DNA of 64,000 nucleotides, taken from NCBI GenBank assembly GCA_964057225.1, contig OZ059897.1, forward strand, positions 12,090,001 to 12,154,000, in the 5' to 3' direction. Shown piece by piece: positions 26,672 to 38,600 of the stretch. Position numbers and translations under genes: made by a program. A model generated the notes under the pieces. That model saw nothing but the letters and a program-made list of their open reading frames with translations. It was not told the DNA's origin and did no database searches. Each line of letters starts with the position of its first letter. Positions within the stretch are counted from its first letter, which is position 1. Source of the DNA: Auanema rhodensis (Eukaryota; Animalia; Nematoda).

Positions 26672-26757
<86 letters not shown>
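26663..26757 (+). repeat. (GA)n microsatellite, about 40 units
   Basis: Read directly; it explains the spurious SLSLSL ORFs at 26556-26777. Confidence 0.97.
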
Positions 26758-26760
<3 letters not shown>

Positions 26761-27288
26761 ATAGCAAACGAAACCAAATGTTAATTTTAGATTTATCTCG
26801 ACATCAGACTATCCATACACACAAAACATAAGATGGAGTTCCACATTACTCATAGTTTTCAACAAATTAAACAGACAACAATGTACAATATGGCTATTAA
26901 AATCAAAAAAGACCGTGATGTTGTAAGTAGTTCCAGAGAAGAAGATTGATATACTTTGAACAAGAATAGACCAATTCTCTAATTGATTTTCGTATTATCA
27001 TATAACTCTTTCAAATTTTTGATTATCCTAATATCTAAGATCTTCATATAACTATGCTTAAATCATATAAATCGCTATCGTTTTCTAAATAAAATCCGCA
27101 ACGTTTTTTTGACCTTCCAGTAACTAGGAACCTGCAAAACGTTTATGAAACTTGCTGCTCTTCGCCATTTCATTACCTTTCTAAATTCTACCCGGACATC
27201 CGCTTGTGTCCTTCCACTTCCGTTTAACTGATCTGGGTTCACAATTTTATGTTTTTTAAGGTTCAATCGGTTGAAAATTCAAAAAAAA

Positions 27289-27290
<2 letters not shown>

Positions 27291-27328
<38 letters not shown>
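27291..27328. repeat. (TA)n microsatellite
   Basis: Read directly. Confidence 0.9.
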
Positions 27329-27334
<6 letters not shown>

Positions 27335-28446
27335 TTTTAAAATTAATTTATATTTTAATAAAATAAAATATATTTTATAGTTTGAATTTTAAAAATCCAA
27401 CTAAATCTATCCATAACTATTATTTCTTTCATATTTAATTTTTATATTTAATTATTTAAAGTATGTTTAAACATAAGCTGATGATTCAGGTTATAGTACA
27501 ACATAATTATAAATATATAATAGCCAATGAATATATATTTATTCTTTTCATTTCTTCATTTTATATTTTTTTTTAGTTTTTAATCAGTTATCAGAGAGAA
27601 AAAACTATTTTTCGAGTATTATAGACCTCAATTATCTTCTAATTTTTATTTATTTCTGGTTATGAATCAAATTTTAAAGGACTTCCTGCGTTTTTGCAAA
27701 GAAAAAAAAGCCTTCATTTAAAAATAAAAAAAATTGAAAATGAGCTGAATTTATTATAATTTTCTTTGGGTTATTTTGGATATAAATTGACAATTATTTC
27801 TAAAGGTTTCAATATTTTTTCAATCTGAAAACTTTATATATAAACATTCTTAAAATAAATTTAAAAAACGTATTTTTAATAATTTTTATATAGTATAATT
27901 AGTATATTATTGATAAATACTGTTTTTTTTTTAATTTGTTATACTAATTGATGACTTTTGTTTTGTTTTTTTGTGAAAAGCAAGAAGTTTCTGAAACACT
28001 GGAAAATAAATATAAAATAAAAAAAAGTTATGATGTGAAAAAAACGAGAGAAATAGAGAAAGAATGAGTGAAAGAGAAGAGAGAGAGAGAGGGAGAGAGA
28101 GAGGGAGAGATAATGGAAAAAAAGAAAAATTGGAAATATTTCTCAAAAACTTTAAACGACTAGTTAATTAACTCTTCTATATAACAAAGATCTCTTTTTT
28201 AATATATTTCACTCATTTTCCTCTCTACCTTAACGAGAAAATGGATTGAATATGTAAGGTCATTCATCTTTAACTTATTATTTTAAAAGTCATTTCGCAT
28301 CAACTACTTATAATTGAAAAAGTATATGAATATGAGTTCAGTTAAAATGAAACATATATGAAATAACGATGACGATATATATATATATAGTTTTCTTACA
28401 AATTAATTTTTATTTCTTTCAAAAAAAAAGTGTTTTCTTAAGATTA

Positions 28447-28551
28447 TCTCTTTCTCTCTCTATTTTTTTCTATTCCTCATGTTTCTTTCCTTTCGCTCTC
28501 TCTCTCTCGCTCTCTCTCTCTCTCTTTCTCTCTTTCTTTCTCTCTCTCCCC

Positions 28552-28591
<40 letters not shown>

Positions 28592-28592
28592 T
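28447..28592 (+). repeat. Imperfect (CT)n tract
   Basis: Read directly; it explains the SLSL-rich ORF 28369-28650. Confidence 0.85.
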
Positions 28593-30883
28593 TGTTTCTG
28601 ACGTGTTCGATTCTTCACTTTCATTATTCAACTCAAAAGCCACACATTAGCATAATGCTCTCTGTTAGATGAAATTAGGTATGACGTAGCCGTAAGTTAA
28701 TAAGCCACAAATCGTATTAAACGTTTGATAATACTTAAACGGTTGATCTGTAATATACTAATTAATTCTTTCTCTCTCTCTCTCTCCCTCTCTGTTTTGC
28801 TCCCTTTACTCTCTCTCAGTCTGACTAACAATGTCGTACTGTTTTCAGTTCATTTCATTATTGAAGAGAATTTTTTGTTTTAATAAATTTATATATTCTA
28901 TAAGTTTTCTTTATTAGATAATTATATATTATTCAAATATTTAAGTCTCAACAGGTGATTCTGTTTAATTTATCAAGTATCGAAATTCAAGCGTCAGAAT
29001 AGGTTAGTCGCACTGATAAAGTTGTGGCCTTATACTATTCATTGAATTTTGTCCTCTATCATTTTATTTTAAAAAAAGAAAAGTTATATTATATCATATT
29101 CTATGTATATGAGATTATATTAATCTTTTACACTTTTATGTTGTCATTAACCAGTTTTTTTGAAATAATTCTTATAACACTGAAGAGCTTCCTGTTGTCA
29201 TTTTGAGCTTTAGAACATAATTAATCTAATTTTATGAATTGATTATCATGGATTTGATAATCCATATGACGCTATTATATATTTTGTGATTTGGTTTCCA
29301 ATATTCTATTTATTTCTTATAAAAATTTGTTTTTCATTCAAGACTTTTAGAGAAATGTTACATTAACGAAATTTAATACTATTTGTGTTTATTTTACTTC
29401 CTTTACAGACTACTTGTTTAGTTTCTAATACTATTAAACAGGCATTTTTTTTTAATTTAGCATTTACAATTTTAAAGATATTATGTTATAAAAAAAATAA
29501 AATTTCAAAAAAAAAACATGAAGATAATTCTAAATTACAATGAATCAGATTCATTTTCGTTCATTTAGACTACAACACTGTTACTACTAGCTCTACTTTG
29601 AATATAAAGAAGAGTTTGTAATTTGTTTACAGTATTCTCTTATTATGAACTGTATTTTGACATTTCATAAATAATCTTTTGAAATTTCCGCAATTAGCAT
29701 ATCTTAATAGAGAAAACTTTTTTTTTATTTCAAATATTTATATTCTATTTTTGGCTGAATTCATAGAGTTAAATTAAATTTCCATAATACGGCTTCATTA
29801 CGATAGCGACCGATCATCTAGCTAACTATTCTTATATAGTATATATGGTCAACGAGCCTCAGGGTCTTCCTTTTTTAATTCAAAATTAGAGAATAAAATG
29901 TAAAGAGAGATACATTTTCATGATATAACTGAATAGAGTAAAAGTGGGTGCAAATGCAATTTAATCTAAAAATTCTTAACTTGTTGGTTTCATTGCACCA
30001 CCGCCATCGACATCACACTGCCCCATAGCATGCTTCTCTCATGCATTCACTGAATTTTATGTTGTTATCATCTCAATATATATATATGTATATATAAAAA
30101 TATATATATATAAGTATGTTATATTATTCTAATTTTTGTTTTTTTTTTAATTTCTTTAATAAAAAATTATTCGAACCTTTCCCCCAAAAGCTATATATGC
30201 CTACCCTTCCCCCCAGGCTTCCACCACCCTCCACTTCTCAATTCTCTTGTCTCCTTTTTTACATATTTTTACTTGTTTCGTACAATGAAATTAAAATTCA
30301 TCGTTATCAATTCAAAATCTTCAAAGATACTTTAAGAAGAAAACTTTTATTTTCATTCAAAGATCATTTTCACAACTTTCTGAATAGTTTATATAAATCT
30401 CAATGAAACTTCTTATGAATATATAATGTTAAATAGAATTTCATATAATTTTATTATAAAATGATATTTTTTTTTGTCTACGAGTCTTTTTTTTTTCCTA
30501 TTCTGGCTCCAAAATCAAAAAATGTGAACTAAAATCTTTAATATGATGTCATTTATTGAGTGGGTTGCAACCTCATAAATGCATATAAGTGAAACTATAA
30601 ATGTATTCAATTCAATATATCTTAACCATAACATTTACATTAATATTATAATATAATGTAAATTTGTTTTTTTACTAATCTTATATCATTTATAATCGTC
30701 ATCATCAGATTATCACAATACGAATCTTTCGAATTTAATTATAATATTTGACTTATTTTAATTTTTTTTATGAATGATTATTTAAAAATTTGGTTTTCTT
30801 TGTATTTATATTCGGATTTATTCTTATTATTAGTAGAAGTCTATAGATTATATTAACAACAGATTAATAATATTTCCAGAACT

Positions 30884-31826
30884 ATGTTGCTACGATTACC
30901 TTTCATCTGTTTACTGCTGTTCTTCTTCGTTTCATGCATTCTGGCTTCACCATTCCGTTATCAGAATGATGTTCCGGTGTTCTATAAGAGAATACCGCAT
31001 CGTTATCCTTCAGATGCATATTATCAGGTAATTTTCTTTCTTATTTAACTCATTGAAACACATTTTTATCTTAGCATCTCTCTTTCTCTCTCTCTCCCTC
31101 TCTCTTTCTTTGTCTTTATCTCTCAATCGTTATCTCGATCTTCATTTTTAATTTATTATATCTCAAAAATTTAAAATTAAAAAAACAAAAAAGCTTTTAA
31201 ATGTTTTTAACCGAATTAATACTTATGCCATTTCCAGGTATCAGTGCCATTGATGTGGAGAGTACGGAGATCGCAACCTATTTTGGACTACACTGATGAA
31301 TTCTCTGCTGATCCTTTCGAGGTAAAAATAAAATCATGAAAACTGTTTCATCCAATTGATCGTATTATTTTGAAAAATAAATAAAAATAAGATATCCGTT
31401 AATGTATAATCTATGAATAATAGAGAAGTAAAGTATTTCTTCTCCTTTTTTTCTATTGAATATTTTATGAAATTTAACTATATTAGACTTAGTTAATCAT
31501 AACTTGCATTTAGTTTGAGACTGTTGAAGATGCAGTCGATTCGTAAAAATTCTACTATGAACTCTGGGGTATCTTAGCACACGCCTATAAGACGTCATCT
31601 TGTCGTTATCCTGAGAAACTTGCGCAGAACTATGTTTTTCGGATTAATTGTCTTCTGAAAAAGCGTTATAAATCATATTTTGCTATATCGTTTATCTAAG
31701 AGATAATAAAATTAAGTACACTATCTTTATTTATTTCAGTTAAATGAAACGGATAGTAGCTCTTGAAGGACACACAAAGCCAAAAAAGAAACTTATTCTA
31801 CATTATATATCTTTCAGATGGGCTAA
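30884..31826 (+). CDS. Neuropeptide-precursor-like small secreted protein; last exon ambiguous
   Basis: A TTTCCAG acceptor lies 4 nt before the ATG. Exon 1 (30884-31027) is MLLRLPFICLLLFFFVSCILA-SPFRYQNDVPVFY-KR-IPHRYPSDAYYQ. Exon 2 (31238-31321) is VSVPLMW-RVRR-SQPILDYTDEFSADPFE. Signal peptide plus KR and RxRR convertase sites. Confidence 0.7.
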
Positions 31827-32374
31827 ATATATATGTGGACCACGATAGAGCATCTTCTTCTTCCTCTTCATCTTGTTCTACTTTTTCCCAGCTCTACTCT
31901 CTTTGACCGAATTGTCTCCATCTCTCCCACTTCATTCCTTCCTCCCTCTCTAGTTTATATGCTTCTATTCCCACAAAACAATTTTAATATTGCTCCGATT
32001 TCTTTTTCATTCTTCATACACAAGTTTCATTATATGATTTTTCTTTTTTTTTTGTTTTTTTTTTGTCTTCATTATTGTGAATCTCATTATGTTTCTGGAA
32101 AAAAATTGTATAATTAATATCAATTTGATCTAATATTCAAAGTCAAATAACATCCATGATTTTTTGTGTTCATATTCAATATTCAGTCAATGTATTTCCT
32201 AACTTCTTAATTAAATATTAGGTTGTATTTATATTTTGCTTTATGTTTTAAAATACGAAGAAGACAATCTAAGATTCATTAGAACTCAGGCACTGAAATA
32301 TGACTAGTGTGCTGCCAACAATTAAAAATTAAGATATACAAAAAAAATAAAAATCAAGACATTTTTCTAGAAAA

Positions 32375-32770
32375 TTGGTGTTCTACAAGAACAATATGAT
32401 GAGCAAGAAATTTGAAAGATTTCCTCGTCTCACAGCAAAGAAAAAGATAAAGCTTTCTGAAAATCATGGTAAAAACTGTTTCCTGGTGTGCTACAAGAAG
32501 CACCAATGTTTTGTGATTCTTCTATTGAGAGCAAAAATGATTTACAGAGAGAATGAGAAAGAAAAGGAAAAAGCTGAGAAATTTGCATTTAAAGGGAAAG
32601 TAGAGGGAAGGGTAGAATACGCAAGATTGTTTCAACGCTATAACCAGAACAATGTTCGAAATATGAATCTCCTTTTGACATTCGAAAGGATAAAATTCTC
32701 TGCAGTTGTCAAAAATTCGAAAGTGAAGCATGAAGTTGTTGTAAATTCAAGCAAATGCTCAAGGAGATAA
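32375..32770 (+). CDS. Possible small basic protein, unverified (131-codon ORF)
   Basis: Unusually long stop-free frame for this AT content, preceded by a TTTTTCTAG acceptor and containing intron-like segments. No recognisable domain. Confidence 0.25.
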   Translation: MVFYKNNMMSKKFERFPRLTAKKKIKLSENHGKNCFLVCYKKHQCFVILLLRAKMIYRENEKEKEKAEKFAFKGKVEGRVEYARLFQRYNQNNVRNMNLLLTFERIKFSAVVKNSKVKHEVVVNSSKCSRR

Positions 32771-32928
32771 TGTGATTACGGAGAAAAACCGGCTAGAACG
32801 GATACCATCAGACTAACACTCCAAATGATTTTTGTTTTGAGGACCCGATATATACATACATAAAAATTTAAATTTAAATTAATTGATTAAGGAATTAATA
32901 AAAAATCTATACAATCTCTTTTAATAAT

Positions 32929-35673
32929 CTATCGATTTATAATCGAGAGGGGAGAATCGGAAGATAAATTGATGTCAAAACGGAAGTTACGATTCAATTC
33001 ACTTGGAGACATAGACGCAAATGGATCCATACCAATATGAATCTAAACATTGAATTTAAAACTTTTTAAAGGGCAAGGGAATATTCTTACCATTCTAGAA
33101 GAATCCGAAGAATAATCACGTCGATGCCAAGGAGCATTGATAGGAACATTAATAACACGTTGGGGTTTGTCATAGTCTTCGAACTAAAAGTGAAAAATTC
33201 TATAAATTAAAAACATTTTTTTAAATAAAGAAGAAAAAGTTAAACACGGCACAACAAAAATATTCACACATGCTTTTTTAATTTTTGAAAACTGTCTTTT
33301 GAGAGTTAGTATTCAATCAAAACAATTGCAGTTAGCAAAACACCTTACCATAGTTGGCATATTTATATTTTTCTATTTTTCACTTGACTAAAATAGCTTA
33401 TGAATTATAACCCTAACTTTATAATATAAAAATAACACATTTCATTGTAATAATTTACCTTCTTAGTTTGAGTTTCTTTCACAATTTTCTTCACTGGCTT
33501 AGGTTTCTCATCCTTTCCTGCCAGACTGGGTATTGGAGAGGTAGCAGCATTTTTACTGTTCGTGGTAGTAGTTAACGTATTTTTAGAAACATTTTTAGGT
33601 TTTGCTGAAGAAGAAGTAGCAGCTGTAGTTGGTGTTGTGGCAGTATTGGCAAATTTTTCTTTGGCTTTATCAAAAGCAGGATTAATTCTTCTCCTCGGTG
33701 CAGTTTCTGGAGATGTGCTACCAGGTGATATGGAAGAAGGAGATGGGATAGAAGTTGATGAAACAGAAGATATGGGAGATTGCTGTTCACCAGGACTGGC
33801 CGACCTTTAAGAATATTCAATTAACTGATTCTATTTTAAATTTACTCACCTCGATGATTTGTATGTATAAGGATTTGTATAAGCTTTACTTGTCTTAGGT
33901 GTGGGAGGAGTTTCTTCAATATCGGGTTTAACTATATTCTTCATTGAACGCTTAGGAGTTGATTCAGGTGAGAAGTCAGTCCTTAAAAAATTTTAGAATA
34001 AAGAAAAATGCTAAAATATTCAAACCTAATAGAGATGGGTGCCGGTAAAGTGCTGGAAGAGCGTTCACGATCGGCACATGGACTTTGAGTACGAGCACGT
34101 TCAATGCTCTGAGGATCAGCAAGAGCAGAAGCACTGCGTTCTCGAGTAGGGAAACGACTTTCAGAATGAGCTCTATCGCTCTTCTCAATTGGAGTGTTTC
34201 CTGAATTAAATAGTAACATTTTGAAATAAAAATGTTAATACCTTGACTAGGGCGTTTCAAACCACCAACTTCAACAGTTGCCCATTTAGACGCTGGCTTA
34301 GTTTTAGCTGGCTCATCTGACTGATTGTTATTGACCTTGAATTATAAATATAAGTTTTAATTTGTTGAATTGAATAAAATTAGTACCTCCAAAAAAGATG
34401 TTTTCAGAGGGGATTTTCGGAAATTGGTCTTTGGTAATGTATTTTCGGCACTTCCAGGATCAGCTTGCATAAACCTAGCAATTTTTGCAGCGGCACTTCC
34501 TTTTTTAATTTCTTTATCGAGATCCTGAAGTAAAAAATTGCTTAATGCTTAATGAAATAGAATCAGAATATGATCTTTTCAGATCAATTTAATACGGATC
34601 ATTGTTGTTTGATCTATTAAATAAAACGTTTGCGACGATGAATAAACTAATTAACTTCAAATTATATTATTTAATTTGAAAGAACTTTTTATGAGATAAA
34701 AATAGTTTCAAATCATACCTCGGAAGTGACTTTTAGATTACGTTCGTCGAACACATAATCACTTTTTTTCTTTGGCTCCGGTGTAGCACTTTGGCGACGT
34801 GGTGTAGGAGGGGAATAATCTCCAGGTTCTGGAGTTGTGTATTTAGATCCTCGACCATCAGGAGTTTGATAACTACAAAAATCAATAACTAATTATATTG
34901 AATGTATATACTCACCGCTCATCCTCAGACGATTCTGGAGCCAAGTGATTAGGTGATTTGGACATTGGGGGAGCTGTACTTGGTAGAGGCGGAGGAGGAG
35001 GAGGAGCATACGATGGTGAGCAGGCACCGTCAATCTTCTTTATGGACTTATTTTTCATTTCTTCATCGACAACAAGACCACTGGCATCTCTCGTTACTGT
35101 CTTTCTTAAACGAACACCTCCTTGAATTCCCTTGAGAAGTGCACCACGATCAACTTCTGCAGGAGTACTACCTCCTAGTCTAGCTAAACCTGGTGACTTC
35201 GCTCTATAAAAGATTTACATAATTAAGTATATAAAGAATTAAACTAGAAGAACTAAACTTCAAGAAATGCAAAAAAAAATCATACCTGTTTATATTTGGT
35301 GGAGGAGGTGGAGGAGGAATTCCTGGAATACCATTCATGGGTGGGGGAGGTGGAGGTGCACCACCAGGTATAGCAGGCATTATTGGAGGTGGTGGGGGAG
35401 CAGTGCATGGTGGTGGAGGAGCAAAAACAGGAGCTGGTGGAACACCATTTGGAGCCCTTCGCTTAGGATCTATGGCCGCATCGTCTTCGCCATCAGCTTT
35501 GAATAAAGGTTTTGACTTATCGATAGTCTTTGTAGGTCGTAGTTTGAAACCTTGCTTGATTTCCTGAAAAATTAAAGTTAAGTTTAAAAAATGTGAAAAT
35601 AAAAATCAGCATATGTAAAATAAATGAAACATCTGGATGAAACTACCTCAAGAATCGGATGTCCCATAAACAT
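32929..35673 (-). CDS. Proline-rich protein with two verprolin/WIP-type WH2 actin-binding motifs; multi-exon
   Basis: MFMGHPILE|[19 protein letters not shown] is WH2-like motif 1, followed by poly-Pro tracts and [24 protein letters not shown] (canonical WIP-type WH2). A long S/P/T/K-rich disordered region leads to the C-terminus ..[15 protein letters not shown]..|[37 protein letters not shown]. Confidence 0.85.
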
Positions 35674-38600
35674 CTTTGACTGCCAATAACACAGCCGGCA
35701 GATGTGTTGAAATCAGAATCTGTAAAGTAAAAGTTGAATCATGAAATATTGAGAAACAAATAAAACGAAAAGTTGAACAAAAAGAAAAAATAACGATTTA
35801 AACATCAAAAAAGTAACTGATAAGAGAAAAAACAGAATGTGAATAGATTGAGTGGATTAGAGTGAATCAGCTGTTTCACGTATTATCTGAAAATATTCTT
35901 TCATTCTCGTAATTGACAAAAACAAGAAATTGTTGAAGACAGCGTAAATGTTGAGAAATGAAGAAAAAATGCATCAAATCAATACAAAGTTTATGATTTT
36001 TTTTAAATGTGATGAAACTCTAATACTCCAAGATATTTACATCCTCAATTATAGTATTACAGAATAAATATCGATATTCTTACTTGAAAATAAAGTCCAT
36101 TTTTGAAATTAAAAAAGAAGAAAAAAATAATAATAGTAAATGTATTAAAACATGGTGAGCAACGGCAACGTTCCTTGAGGGGTCGATAGATAAAATGGAA
36201 AATTGGACAGGAAAAGCAACAGCTGTGTCAAGATGTTCTTGAATGTATTGAAGATATATGAAGCTTCAAGAGATCAATATACAAAATTAAAACGAAAAAC
36301 GCAAAGAACCGTTTGGTGAAAAGTTTGACAAGTTGAAAACAAAACAGTCAATAGATATGTAGAAAAAATGAAAATGAGGTAAAAAGGCCGGAACAAATGA
36401 TATGCCTAAACAACCAGATATGCTTTTAGACATCCTCAACATGTGGAAACCCGTTAACGAAGGACGATCGGAACAATTTATATTCGGCATAATCTTTTTT
36501 TCTAGTTTCTATGTTCAAAAATTTTAAAAAAGAAAGACTTAACTTGTTGCCTGCCAGAAAAAATAAGAAAAGATGACGAAGAAAAAGAAAACTACAAACT
36601 AAAAGTTATTTTGAAGTTAAATTTTCAGCAAAAGGTTATAGGAACGGAATAATCTTTGTTTGGTTAGTTATGAAGATATTTTTACTCAACAGAGAGAAAC
36701 AGAGCAAAGTAAGAAACAATAGATTGCTGAGGGTCGTACGAGAGAGATGCGGTGAAGGAGCACAATTGCTTAGGTATGAGGTACTTCAGCGCCTAGTTAA
36801 CTTGAGAAAGATATGGTTAGTTCTTTATAGAAGAGGTGTCCCAAACGGCGAAGGTCACAATAGGTTCTAAACAGAATGAGGTTTCCAAGAATAATTGGTT
36901 GTATGGCTATATTGCGGTAAAAGACGACGAATTCATTCCGCTCAACTGTAACGGAATAGTGATGATGAGCGATGAAGTCAATTAACCCCGGTAAGATCGT
37001 TAATAATTTTATGAACTCAAATAAATCAATTCGTATACAAATATGTTCTACAAGTTCATGTTCAATTTGAACTTTTTACTTTATTTTTCTCATTCATATC
37101 AACACTTTGATACTAAAGAAGATGCCAAAGAGTTATAGTGTGACAATAGAAGATGGTTTTTTGTTTGCACACTTTAGATTAACCTTAACAAAAAAATCAA
37201 AAAGGGTCTAGAGATAGAATAAAACAAATATTTTGTGAATTTAATAAAATACATTTCGCTTTTAAGAACTAGCACAAACTGGAACTTAATTATTCAACTC
37301 AAATTGACTTTAAACACATACAAAATCCGAAAGGCTAGATTGACAACCGTCTTGTCGGAAAATAATATTTCAATAGACTACATACAGGTTATTCAGAACA
37401 TCTCAAAGGAAGGAACATTTTGGGAAATGGGATGACTTGAATTCTTCAAAGAAAAAGTTCTAAATGAATGAAAAATACTAGACAAAATTGAAGAATTTGA
37501 TTTATGGATGTTAGGTAGGCTTACACTAACAACGATTGCAATTATGCTGACCTGAACATTGAAGGTAAAAGAGATACAAAAGTAACGAAAGACAATTTTA
37601 AAAATCAGCCAACACATAGCACATGTAGATGATGAGAAAGCAATTTGTTTGGAAATAAAGTTATGAAATGTATTTTTAGGTTGTTAGTTAGATATCGGTT
37701 GGATCTGTCAAGGACAAGAAATATATGTATCTATTATCTAACAAACTAATAACATTACGAGAAACATGATGAGCAAACGTCAAATAAATATAAGAAGAAA
37801 AGAAAAAAGAAGACAGATCACGGAAGGTCAGATTCATCCTTTCTATTGAACAGTTTAGCCGCCTATGTTTCCGGAAGATTGGAAGTTAACGACAAAATGT
37901 GAGATGGTATAATTGATGTATTCAATATAGAATCTTGATGAGAGTATAAATGTTTGATAGACCTTTTCCCGTAAGATTATGCTTAAAGCTTAGTAGCATA
38001 AGCCTGCGATTAATAGAGGAAAGACTCCCGTCTGTATGTCATCATCTGAACTTCAGGAGTTATTCTTTCGTTCTCTAGCTCTCTCATTGTTCCGGATTGA
38101 ATAGAGCAGGTCTCTGTCTTATACACACATAGAAAGAGCATTTAAATCTGGTTCTTCGTAAAAAAGAAAGAAGGACTGCAAGAAGTTACACATAGATCTG
38201 CGTGAATTGTTAGCGAAACCCCAACATCTTCATGAATCTCATCCTCATATTCAGTACACATAAACGAACATATTCTTTAAGATATATGTATATTTGAATA
38301 TAAAAAGAAGTGATAAGCAGAAAGATAAAATCTAGCATACTTGCTCATAGTCAATAATCAAAAGCGTTCGGCATTTTTCAAAGTTTACAAAAATTAATCA
38401 TATGCATTTATGTTCATATTCATGGTGAATAGTTCGACAGAACCAGTTAAAAGCATGAAAAATAAATATGTGATCAGGCAGATAACAAGCAATACAATAT
38501 CAAAAAAGGCATGAATCACATGGCTTGTTTTCTTTTTCATTAGTACTAGCTATCAGAAGTAGACTTCTTAGATAAAAAAGGTCAGAAACCTTATAAAGCA

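Noticed and set aside
37235-37620. Coding-like island with in-frame TGA codons (possible recoding or pseudogene)
   Set aside because: No recognisable homology or SECIS-like structure, and TGA is a normal stop in neighbouring genes.
38113-38131. Similarity to the Tn5/Nextera mosaic end (CTGTC-TTATACACA)
   Set aside because: It has a 2-nt deletion and a different 3' end, and no adapter continues; most likely chance.
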